From the NCBI GenBank assembly GCA_900088475.1, contig FLMG01002561.1, forward strand, positions 1 to 36,162: a DNA stretch of 36,162 nucleotides, given 5' to 3'. This stretch comes from Hyphochytrium catenoides (taxonomy: Eukaryota; Protista; Hyphochytriomycota). Of this stretch, positions 1 through 10,695 are shown in pieces. A program made the translations under genes and the position numbers. Numbering within the stretch: position 1 is the first letter of the stretch; each line of letters opens with the position of its first letter. The notes under the pieces are model-generated. The model ran no database searches. It saw only the letters and a program-made list of their open reading frames with translations, and had not been told where the DNA came from.

Positions 1-352
1 AGTCGGAGCTCAGCTCCAACATCGATCTTGCACTTGAGATCACTCCCTCATCGTACAAGTACAGGGTTTGAAGAGCAGTAACCGCTCTGAGGAAGGACTA
101 AAGGCAGTCAGTCATCAATCAGCCCTCTCCAGAGAGCCGGTAACCGCTGGGACAGCTTCTCATCTACTCCGTAATACAAAAATTCGAAAAACTCATTTTC
201 TCCTTTGTGTCTCTGTAATTCGAGACGGAGCATCAGCGGCATTGGAAACTCTTCCACGTAGAGATTATTGGCAATAGCAACTTAAAAATCGGCCTGGAAC
301 CAGCAGCTCGGTGTCTTTTTGAGGCTGACGGGCCCAAACGGAGCATCTTGCC

Positions 353-3300
353 ATGGGGAGAGCCACGCGCACGGGTCGGGGATCAATGGGTGGTGGGATG
401 GAAACCGAACAAGGGACGGAGGTAGAGATGCACCGCATCTTCCATGAGTGCCAGAAATCCTTCGCGCCACATCGTAAATCGGCTCTGCTGCTAAAACAGC
501 TCTACAAAAACAGCAGCGAAGATGACTTCTTCAACCTGCTGGATCAGCATATCCGCCCGCTGCTCCTGGTATGTGCTGTCAGCTCCCAGTTGAGACAAGT
601 GCCGTCGAACTAAGATAGATCAATGTCTGCAGGTATTCAAGAAGGAGCCATCCGTGGAACGACTCGTGCAGTTCGTCACGCACTTCATAGCTTCGTGTGA
701 CAAACCACTGTCACCCGAGGACGAATCGCCAACCATAACAGTTTCCTTGGTATCTAAACTCATTCAGGTACCTGGTTATCTTCTCTCTAGCCTATCTACA
801 TTATGCAGATCTGACAATACATTCCTCCTCCAGAGTCTTATTAACTACTCAACGGCAAAGGACAAAGCTGTGAGGTTTCGTTCTTGCCAGTTAATTGGCG
901 AAATACTGAATAACCTTGGCGAGGAGACAGAGCTAAGGTGCGATCGCGTTCTCAATCGTAACAAACTGAAGGCCGCGAGCTCCTAGATATGCACTTCCAA
1001 CTTCTCTCCGTCCTTCAACATCCCCTTACAGAGTAAGATTTGCATAACTTGATTGATCTACAGTGATGATATCTGGAGCCAACTGGTAGAAAGTCTCATC
1101 GCCCGCTGTCGGGACAAGATACCGTCAGTCAGAGTCCAAGCAGTCCATGCTTTAAAAAGGCTCCAAAATCCTGCCGATATAAATGATCCTGTGACATCAG
1201 AGTACCGCAGACTTTTAAAGGCAGACAACAGCAAGTAAGTGTTCGTCTTAAGTCTTTGCAAACAAGTCTGAGATTTCGCTGTCTCCTTAGCCTTTGGCAT
1301 TGAATTCTTGTTTGTGACCTCGTTCGCTCTCAGAGACGTACGCAAAGCCGTTCTACGTAGCATCGGCATCACGCGGTTGACTCTGGAGGATCTCCTACTG
1401 AGGACGAGAGACATTAAGGAAGACGTGAGGGGTCTAACATACGAGATTCTAAGTGCCAAGGTCCAAGTCAAGCAACTGTCCATCTCCCAGAGGATTGAAC
1501 TTGTTGAGCGTGGGCTGCGGGACAGGTACCCTAAAAGCCAATATATGCAATATCTTCATCTAACACCAATCTGCAGGAGTGAGGTTGCAAGAAGAGCTTG
1601 TCAGCAAATGATCTTGGACGGATGGCTCATCACGCTGAACAATGACCTCCTTGCGGTAAGTTAGCCTGCAATTGGCTAAGGTCATCTTAACCACGATGCA
1701 GAATATTTCAAGGGACATCCTGAGCTAAGTCCGACATGCGAAAAAGTTGCCATTCTTATACCTTACTTTTTCTACTCCCCTTATGCAGTTGATTGAAGCG
1801 CTGGATCCAGAGCATTTCGAGGATGCGGCAGCTCTGGCAGTGAGGTTCATATTGGAAGAGTCTAAGGGCGCGGAGATTGAGATTCCTCTTTTGTCTCTTG
1901 ATCGCCTCCCGGCGCTCAACGCAGAGCAGGCGATCCTTTGGAGGCTCCAATGTCACGTAAGGGGACCCTTACAGCCACTAAAAAGGACCCTATCTGATAT
2001 CTGCCTTCATACGCAAATGTCTATAGGTGTGGAGAAATGAGCCCGAAAAGTTGGACCAATTGATAAGTGACACCGCTACCTTCAGTGATATCCTGCGTTC
2101 AATATTTGGGCTGGTAAGTCTTTGGAGCTAAGATTATTGAAAGCGCAGAGGCTCATGTTATGCTTACCTTGGTCCTTTGTTCCTGCCCTTCATCTATACT
2201 TTACCACTATACCTGGCTTGCACAGTTCTCCAACAAGCAGATATCCGCAACATTTGCAACTAAGCAGCTCCTTCTTGGAGCACGGTATCTCGACTTTCAG
2301 GACGAAATTGGGCGGAGAAGTATTTTACAATTGCTGAGAGAGATGCTCTCTGACGTGAATACGGACGATGTCCTCCTGCTGCCGCTGCTGGGCCTTTTGA
2401 GCACTATCATTGCTAATGAGTCCAGCTTCATTCAGTGAGAAGCCTTAAAAACTTGACTGCCGCAATTGTTCGTCCTAACCGTGCACACCTGTTTTCAAAT
2501 TCTTTCCTTCCCTCACGTTTTAAGGTTCATTATGGAGATCATCGCAGATCTAAATGAAAGCGATGAGGAGCTAGAAGATGATGAAGAAGAGACTAGTAAT
2601 GGCGTGGGTGAGAGGGACAAATGTGAAGCGGATTCCCCAAAGAAGAACGAAGAGAGGGAACAGGTGCAAGCCCGACTCGACGGCCTTTATCAGCGATTGG
2701 CGGAAATCGAGCAAACAGAGTCGCCAAGTGAAGAACTCATCAAGGTAATCGCTCTCCATGGGTTCTAGCTTGTTTAGAGGGCTGAGAGGGATCTGTTTAG
2801 GAGTATGAAGTGCTAGTAGCTGAGGCTGAGAAGGTTCAAGAGGCAATGGGTCTCCCAGAAGCCAACAGGCTTGCACGCAGCCTAGCTCTTGCTGAGTGCT
2901 TGCTAAAAAACGCTGGCAAGGTATGCTGACATATCGCCACAATTTCGTTCAACGATCGCCACTTACCGATCCCTCATTCAGATAAGAAATCCTGCTATCT
3001 TGCAACTGGATTCACTTATCCTTCCTGGAATCCAAAATCCCTTTCCAGCTGTCCGAGAGAATGCTGTCCGCTGTCTGGGTCTTTACTGCCTTATTGATGA
3101 GGTAAGCCCATCCACGTGAGAGCAACGGAAGGACTTAGGGTCCGATGTAATAGCCAACAGAAGTCTAAGTTTGGTAAAACGAGCAGGCCTTGGCCGGGTA
3201 ATCTAGAAATACGTGAAACGACGGTGATCTGAAAAAATGATATGTCAGGCTGACTAATCTTTCCCCTAAGGACAAGGCTCGTCGACATCTTCCAATACTT

Positions 3301-5094
3301 TGTCCTACTTTGAGAGCAGAGGAGGAGAAAGAGATCCGCATAAGTGGCTTGAGAGCCGTGTTTGACATCTTATTCATATATCCGGGCCTCTATCAACAAA
3401 GTGGAGATATAGGTAGATCATACATGGTGTTTATTCCCAATAGCCGCTGCTCTACGTTACTCCGAGGCTCTGTACTTGTGAAACCATCCTCATGGTCTGT
3501 TCCGCAAATTTTATGGCGGTCATGCATCTCTGCTAAGTCATCGTCCTCTGTCTACAGCTCCACCTGATCTGTGCGGTCCATTGCTGAAAACTCTCGGGGA
3601 GGCCGATCCGGAACTGAAAGCTCTAGCAGTGGAAGGGCTGGCGAAACTCATCTTTGTTGACCGTTTTCCAAGATCAAAGGTCCATCGAGACTGCTATGTC
3701 GTCTTTTTCTTGCCCCTCCCTGATGGTGTCTTCCCTCTCCCTTGTAGGAGGTGCTACATCAGGTTATCCCACTTTTCGTCCTTGGAAACCAGCATGAGGA
3801 AGAAAGGATATCCCAGGTCCTCAGCGTATGGTTCCCAGCATTTGCATTCTCTTCCAAGGCCCATCAGGAGGTGATTTGCTCGGTGGCTGGGGATGTGTTA
3901 TCAGACGCCATGCGGCAAAGGGAAATGGAGTCCTCTTCTCTCTCTAAAATTGTTAAGTTTTTGCTCTTCCTTCTGGAAGAATGCGAAGAAGATAATGAGA
4001 GCAAGCAAGCAATGGCTGAAGAACCGGATGCTGATGATGCCGAAGTCGCCAGTAATGACGAGCGGTGCGATCTAACATCATGTCAAAAGGAAGACTCGCG
4101 ACTGACGTGCGCTTTATATTCGCAGAGAATCAACTGCCCCGCCACGTTCCACAGCCATCGGAAGTCCTTTTCATACTCGACTCGCATTGCGGCTTGCAAT
4201 GCTGATAAGAGAGTACCTCGGTGGTAATGTCAAATGCTGAGTGGAAAGGCCAATGTTCAGTCGTTCTGTCCCAATCTTTCTATTAACATGTGCTTCACCA
4301 TGGTGTAGATTCTCGAGTCAAGGAGCTGGCCAAAACTCTCTCATTCTTCCGAATTAGTCCAGCCGACCAGTCACTCATTCGTTCGATCCTGCTCGTGTTA
4401 GAGGATGTACTCTCGGTAAGGTCCTACACCCGGTTCTGTTGCTTCATCGCCTAGAGTTGCTAATTCTTGTCCTCATGCGAGTAGGTCTGTCAGGACAAGG
4501 TCCTCTGTCGCAATATTGAGAAGTGGAGGGATAACATTGCGCTGTTAGAGGTGCAAGGCACTGATTCAATATCTGGGGAGCTGGAGAGCGAGATTGCCAA
4601 TCAGCTAGAGAAGCTTCGACTGCAAACTGATGGTGAGACAGACATGCTCATGCGTCGGTCCACCTCTGTGACGTGAGCGCTTCTGAAGGATGGGTTTACC
4701 TTTTGATTACTTTAAATTGAGTCAGCGCTGAGTATTTGGACTGTTCTCTTCTAATTATTTAACTCCCAGGGTTCAGCGCCAGCTTTAATTTTCCAGCATT
4801 CTCTTACCCTCATCTCTCCCCCAGCCCAACAACCCACACGGAAGAGGAGGGTGAACACAAAGTCCAGCAAGGCTCCACAGGAGGAAGTTGAGCAGAGCGC
4901 CACGAGGACTACTCGTCGATCCCAAAGGTAGTATAAGTCTCCATAGCCAACTGTACAATGACCTAAGGCACCTGTTACGCAGGAGTTCCGTTCTAGTGGC
5001 AGCGGAGGCCATCCGTCAAACATTAGCCGAGGAAGCAAGTGAAGGTGACGAAGACTACGAAAGCTGCCTGGACGAGAGTGAAGAGGAATATTGA
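353..5094 (+). CDS. NCAPG: Condensin I complex subunit G (CAP-G/Ycg1/Cnd3), HEAT-repeat protein, ~20 exons
   Basis: GT-AG introns (e.g. 569-632, 768-833) join one frame: IFHECQKSFAPHRK...PLLL|VFKKEPSVERLVQF...AKDKAVRFRSCQL...RCRDKIPSVRVQAVHALKRLQ...DVRKAVL...RTRDIKEDVR...LDFQDEIGRR...VRENAVRCLGLYCL...AVEGLAKL. It ends in a basic then acidic tail at TGA 5092-5094. These motifs match the CAP-G family. Confidence 0.93.
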
Positions 5095-5474
5095 AAGCTA
5101 GCTAAAAGCTGGGGATTGGTCCCATTTGAATTGAGGTTGTTATTGAGTGGATCAATAACATCCTCCAATCTTTATAAAGCCACTAGATTACGTCGAACAA
5201 CATTGCAAAACTAGCTCGACATCCACGGCAGTAACCACCACTTCAACATCAATGCCCCGGTTCACGTACCGACCGAATAAGGCGGAGCTTATTCATGCAT
5301 GGTTCCCTCATAGTAGTGGCCAGTCTCAGCGGCGACAGTAGAGGCAAGGCCTCAACATATCAGGATGAGACAACAGCCACCGGGTGATGACCACTCCTTG
5401 GATGTTTTCGCTCCTGACAAACCAAGGGTTTCCCGTGCTTTATGGGACAGAGGCTCATCTCCGGCATTTAAGAC

Positions 5475-8112
5475 TCAGGCCCTCGACCTCATCTCCAAAG
5501 TGCTGATATACTTCTCAATCTCTACTTGAATTGCCTCCCTAGCGGCTAAGCCTTGGATCAGATGATCAGGAATTCCCTGCATGCCATGCGCTGCGCCAAG
5601 AAGAGCGCCCAGCAGGGAACCTCGCGCCACATTTTCTCCTCCAGCGTTTGCGTTAGCAAGTAGGCAAGCTTCGAAGCTATGAGCGTACCTAGATGAAGGA
5701 TGGAAAAGTAGCCTCAGCACTGCACTGGTCGCACAATCTTCGTTTCGCCGCCTATCCCCTAATTCCAGTCCTGCCTGCCATCATCAGTCTCTTTCCGCTC
5801 CCACAATAATCAGCAGTCTGGATCTTCATAGCTCTTCACCTCCTTCAAACTTACTTGTATGCAAAGTGGAGAAATGCTGGGAAGGAACTGTCGATGTAGC
5901 ACGCCGTCATGGGGTCCTCTGACGATTCGTTTACCTCTCGCTTAATGTCCACTCCTCCTTCTCTTCCCACCTCCTGCAGAACAGCCTGTAGGTCTCTGCC
6001 CTCGAGAACTTGGACCATCAGACGAGCGAACATGCTTCCGTATTTCCCTAAAACTCTGGAGGAAAGTCAGTCTGGCGCCTTGCCCTATTGTCAAAGCTCT
6101 CTGATAGGTGAAGCAGTCTCCCGTGCTTTCTCGCTTCCACTGCTGGGCCAAGTTTCAAGATACTCAGTCCCCTCAATTTGAGCGCAATCTGCAGTCTAGG
6201 TGGCAGAACCAGTCTCAACACACTTCCCTTCTTCCTTGCTCAAAATACCTGGATCTCCTTAGACTACCGATGACGCTCTCAATGGCGCTCTCCGTTTCCC
6301 CTCGTCCATTCCATAGGCCCATTAAAATGACAGGGGGAAGCAGAGTAAGCCCGTCTATTGCGTCCGTGTTATGCCCGTCGTTATCAGCGCAGTCCTCTGG
6401 CTTCTTGCCTTTTTGAAAGTTGGCAAAGAACATTCTGTGTGCCGTGGAGGCGTATGTGTCATTGTGGGAGCCTGGCGTCGTCATGAACTGAATATATGAC
6501 TGCATGTGATCGCATTGAATATGAGTCATAGACAGGAGAGGGGCCCCGGATCCTTAGCTAGCTTCCCACAGGAAGTCTGCTTCTCTGAGCTCTTCTGCAC
6601 GTTTCTCTTCCTCCTCTCTTTCTCGTCGTCCTCTTTCTCTTTCAACTTCTCTCTCTCTCTCTTTCTGTGTCTCTCTCTTCTTCTTCTTCTTCTTCAGTCT
6701 CCTTTTAGTCTGTGTTTCCTTCTCTCTTGTCTAGTTCGCTCTTGCTTGCCTCAGCTAACTACTTTCTTTCGCCCTCCTACACACCTGAAGCCAAACGCTC
6801 TTCACGAAGTTTCCCCCTTGCTCTGTGAGATGGCGCATCAGAAGACGTGTCAGCTGGGCTTCCAAAGTGTTTTCGCCTGCCTCCATGCCGTGATGGTAGT
6901 GGTAGCTGGAGGGAGAACACAGAGATAAGAAGATCGAAGGAAATTGCTGACAGCAGAGCAGACTCTGAAGATCTCTAGGCTACAAGCAGCTCAGGAACAA
7001 AGATAGTTAGGAAGCCAATATGTAAAGCATTAACAACTCTCTACCTCTGGGTCGACTGTCGTCTAGTAACGAGCCGAACAGTAGGGAACATGAGAGAAAG
7101 GAGCCCAGTGAACAAAAACCTTTAGCAGATGCCCAAGCACTACTTCCCAATCCTTTACCTTCCTCCTCGCATCCAGAACTTCTTCTTTCCATGCAAGATG
7201 ACATCTCCCACAATGCTCCCAGCATCAGATCCTCTGCCTATCAAACCCAATGAGAGACAATGGTTCCGGAACAAGAGACAAAGAGAGAAAGCGGAGAACA
7301 AACAAAATAACATATGTCAATGCCCGAGCAAGCGCTTGGCCCCAGCATCTATCTTTTCTGGCAAAAAGTGTGGAAGAGATTGCTTGCGGGAAGGCTAGGT
7401 CGGTTGCTAGTGAAGGTATTCTTTTCCTTCCGCAACCCTTTCGCTCTTCCTCTCTGTCTAACAGCCTCTCTGTCTCTCTCTTTCTGCCTTTCTTACATCG
7501 CTTCTTCAGCATTTCAAGATATACAGAGAGACGTGCCCTCCCTCATCAAACTGGGATAGGTCTCTCTCTCACCTCCTCCGCCTGTGTTAGAGAGGTTCAT
7601 GATGGAGCCCGGAAAGGAGGCGGGTGGAGCTCTATAACCAGTGATAGTCCCAAAATCGTTCCTGAGCCTACGTCGGTCATAGTACCAATGCTGGGGGCAG
7701 AAAGCATTGTCAGAAGCGTAGACCGATGAGAAAGGCGCAAGCTAGAGAAAGAAGGAACCAGAAGAAACAGAGACACCAAGTGCGAAAGGAGTGAATGTCT
7801 GCTAATTCACCTTACCACTGGCATTGCAAGCGCATCACCGATGAACAAGCCCCAGAGAGCGGCTCTAATGCGGTCTGCGGTATCTTTCGACAAAGGCGAC
7901 ATCTCTTCCCCGTGTCCTTCTCTCTCCAAGGCTAGAACTCCCTGAGCAGGCGGAAAGCAAGCGGCAGACACCTCTTGAGAAGGAAGAAGAGCGACCGGAC
8001 TGAGGCTGGAGTCGCTCTCGTAAGAAGAGGCGCCAGAGATAGAAGACCAGTGATAGAGAAGGGAGAGCTGGGCGATGATGAGAAGAAGAGGCGGAGGTGC
8101 GATCCGGCCCAT
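5475..8112 (-). CDS. ADP-ribosylglycohydrolase (DraG/ARH, crystallin J1/SelJ-like) family protein with hydrophobic N-terminal extension, 7 exons
   Basis: Spliced product: DRIRAALWGLFIGDALAMPV|HWYYD...GSIMNLSNTGGG|RGSD...YHHGMEAGENTLEAQL...YIQFMTTPGSHNDTYA...HRMFFAN...DAIDGL...ACYIDSSFP...ANANAGGENVARGSLLGALLGAAHGMQGIP. GDAL and the C-terminal GALLGA..G..GIP motif are ARH-fold hallmarks. Confidence 0.88.
6600..6730. repeat. (CT)/(CTT)n low-complexity tract in an ARH intron
   Basis: ctctctct and ttcttcttc runs. Confidence 0.75.
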
Positions 8113-8209
8113 CGCAAGCTTTATAAAGCTGTGAATCAGGAGCTGAAAGATGAAGGAAGATGCTTGTGTGAAGATGCGCAGACCTGTACAAGTAGGAGTG
8201 ACGTACCAC

Positions 8210-8320
8210 TCTCCCTCTCTCTTTGTGTCTCTTTCTTCCTCATCCTCTCTTCCCTCCTTTTCCCTCTCTCTCTCTGTCTCTCTCCCCCTCTATCTTACCT
8301 CTTCCTCTCTCTCTGTCTTC

Positions 8321-8364
<44 letters not shown>

Positions 8365-8395
8365 CACTCTTTCTCTCTCTCTCTGTCTCCCTTCT
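8210..8395. repeat. Imperfect (CT)n polypyrimidine microsatellite in the divergent ARH/DCN1 intergenic region
   Basis: About 185 nt almost entirely C/T with long CTCTCT runs. Confidence 0.9.
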
Positions 8396-8430
8396 CAGCA
8401 CATAATAACGGAATCACTTCAACTTTGATA

Positions 8431-8460
8431 GCCGGTAACCCCTATCCTGCCGGTAACGGC
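8431..8460 (+). promoter_or_regulatory. Tandem GCCGGTAAC motifs, candidate (Myb-like) promoter element
   Basis: GCCGGTAAC at 8431-8439 and 8449-8457. The same 9-mer is at 136-144 upstream of CAP-G, and GCGGTAACGG is at 26358-26367. Confidence 0.35.
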
Positions 8461-8754
8461 TATAAGCATAGTTTTTGTGAGTCGCACAACATCTTCAGCA
8501 GAAGAAGAAAAGCACTTTCTCCCGCCACTGGCAGCTCATCGAATAATATCTGCAGACCATCGGCAGAGCTTTATTGAGATCGTAGAGCGCTCCATGTCTC
8601 TTTCTTCCAGTGCCTGACTCTTCTTAATGCTTGCCACCCTGTGCTGGACGACGTCTGCGTGAACAGATAACATTCCGGAGGCTGCAGGGAAGCTTGGTTG
8701 AGGACCTGGTTGTCTTTGGTGGGATTCCACCTTTTGATCTTAGAGAAGGGACTG

Positions 8755-10695
8755 ATGGCCTCCAAGTGGCGGCAGATGACGGTGAGGCAGCTCCAGGATG
8801 AGCTAAGGGCTCGCGGTAAGCTGTGAGCCTGCCCTTCTCTCACTTAGAGCTTAAGCTAAGAAGTGGGGTGCAGGATTGAGGACAACAGGTCGCAAAGACG
8901 AGCTTCTCCAGCGATTGCTGGCCATGACAGGCATGGACGTATCAAGCACCTCTACAAAGAGAAAGCTCGCCGATATGGGCGGAGATCAAAGGGTGGATAT
9001 CTCGTACCCCCATCTAGTGAGTAAGAAGTCCAAAGATGAGCCATCGAGAAAGATCGAAGAGCTCTTTCAAAGATATGCAGGTGGAGTGCTTTGAGACCTT
9101 TGTCGACGTCTGCTTCCTTCCTCTTTCCTATTCAACGCGCTCGCGGCTCTGTCCAAGGTTGGAAGCCGAGCACGAAGCGCGCTGATAACTGCCATTGTCA
9201 ATCAACAATATGCGGCTCCTAATATCAAGCTGTCTCCCCGCATAGACCCTGATGACCCTGACGTGATGTCTGACGATGGACTCATGGCATTTTGTGAAGA
9301 CCTTTCCGTGGACCCAGCGGTACGATCGACGAATTATCTGACAGCTAAAGTAGACAATTTGAAGGAAGGAGAGATGAAAAGGAGTAGCCTGAAGAGCACC
9401 TCCATATCAGAGTGAGGATGGACTGCTCATTTTTTGAAGGACGAGAGTAGGGAGTTCACAGACGGTAAACTTCCACTGTATGAGAGGAATGACGGTCCAG
9501 CCCAGGCGAGAACAGAGAGAGAGAGAGAGAGACGGCCCGCGGTTTGGAGACAGAGTACATTGTCCAGCATTGTAGAAACTTAGACCTCAAATGTCTCTTC
9601 TGTGCAGGATCCCGTGATGTTAGTCATAGCTTTTCACATGGGCGCCAAGAATATGAGCTCGATCAGTAAGAAGGATGTTGCCCAACTGTTTGAGAAGCTG
9701 AGGTAGGTTACACTTTCTCGGTCTTCTTCTTGGCGATCTCTGGGCCTCATCTTCTATCGCTAACATGTGCTCTTCATCCTTGGCTGCATCCCTCCTGATC
9801 CCTGTTTGTACTCTGCCGATGAGCAGGTGTGGGTCAATCAATGAACTGAGGGACAAGCTTGGATTTCTGCGTCAGGATCTTTATAACGACAAATTTCCCA
9901 AAATATACACAGTAAGGCTCAGAAGATTAACGTCGCTCAGATGTGGGATCCAGTCCAACCTAACTCTGCTGGCTTCTCTTGCTGCCGTCCCTTTCTTTTC
10001 GCTCTCAATATCATTTCCCAGTTTGCATACACTTTCTCTTTAGAAGAAGGTCAGAAGAGCTTAGCTATGGACGTGGCACTAGAGCTTTGGCCAATGCTCC
10101 TTAAGGATAAATTCTCCCTTCTGCCCCAATGGATAGAGTTTGCGAAGGTAGCAAGCTCTTTCCTTAGCAAATACGTCTTCTCACCGCAATCTTTGGTTTG
10201 GAAGAGCTATTTTGGTCGTGAGTCTCCATACTCTTTGAGTTTGACCCGCAACGCCCATCTACGTCAAGGGATGATAGTCTACTAATGTACGTTTCCTTGT
10301 CCACTAGTCTCAGAATAGGAAAGCGGTATCACGGGACACGTGGTGTCAGCTCTGGGAATTTGCTAAGCAGAATAGTTCGGACCTCTCGAAGTATGATGAG
10401 GAAGGTAAGACGGGCTGCAGTTCCCGCTCTCGGCACTTGCATCTTCGAGCTTCTTTCTACGGTGGTATTAATACCTTGTTGCGTTTGCTTGGTCTGCTAC
10501 CATCTTCTGGTCCGCGAAAATGGCTCCTCATCTCTTTAGGTGCATGGCCAGTGATGATAGATGACTTTGTCGCTTGGATGAAGGAGAAAGAGAAGAACAA
10601 GGTGATCAAGGCCCCAGCTTATCGTCGTACTGCGCACCTTCAATGCTAAAACTCCCCTTTGTTTGACATAGGAGGAAACCAAGGAGAGCTCATAA
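8755..10695 (+). CDS. DCN1-like (DCUN1D) cullin neddylation co-E3 with an N-terminal SAP domain, ~9 exons
   Basis: Exons 1-2 give MTVRQLQDELRARG|LRTTGRKDELLQRLL (SAP consensus). Downstream is the PONY/cullin-binding domain: IEELFQRY...DGLMAFCEDLSVDP...FAYTFSLEEGQKSL...VSRDTWCQLWEF...YDEEG|AWPVMIDDFV. The last micro-exon (10672-10695) is uncertain; without it the stop is at 10649. Confidence 0.9.

Noticed and set aside
1-70. Possible start of a minus-strand gene running off the left edge (ATG TTG GAG CTG AGC...)
   Set aside because: Too short to support, although it would fit the alternating-strand pattern.
5384-5420. GTGATGA...CTGA box C/D-like pair between CAP-G and ARH
   Set aside because: The boxes are only about 23 nt apart, with no terminal stem or recognisable guide.
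5280-5475. Possible selenocysteine read-through or SECIS after the SelJ-like ARH gene (ATGA...AAA in the 3' UTR; frame stays open about 40 codons past TGA)
   Set aside because: No in-frame TGA inside the conserved domain, no complementary SECIS stem or GA quartet, and the extension is not protein-like.
7975-8577. 200-aa and overlapping Ser/Leu-rich ORFs (also 15367-15681, 22742-23179, 6506-6928)
   Set aside because: They are translations of CT/AG microsatellites or antisense shadows of real exons.
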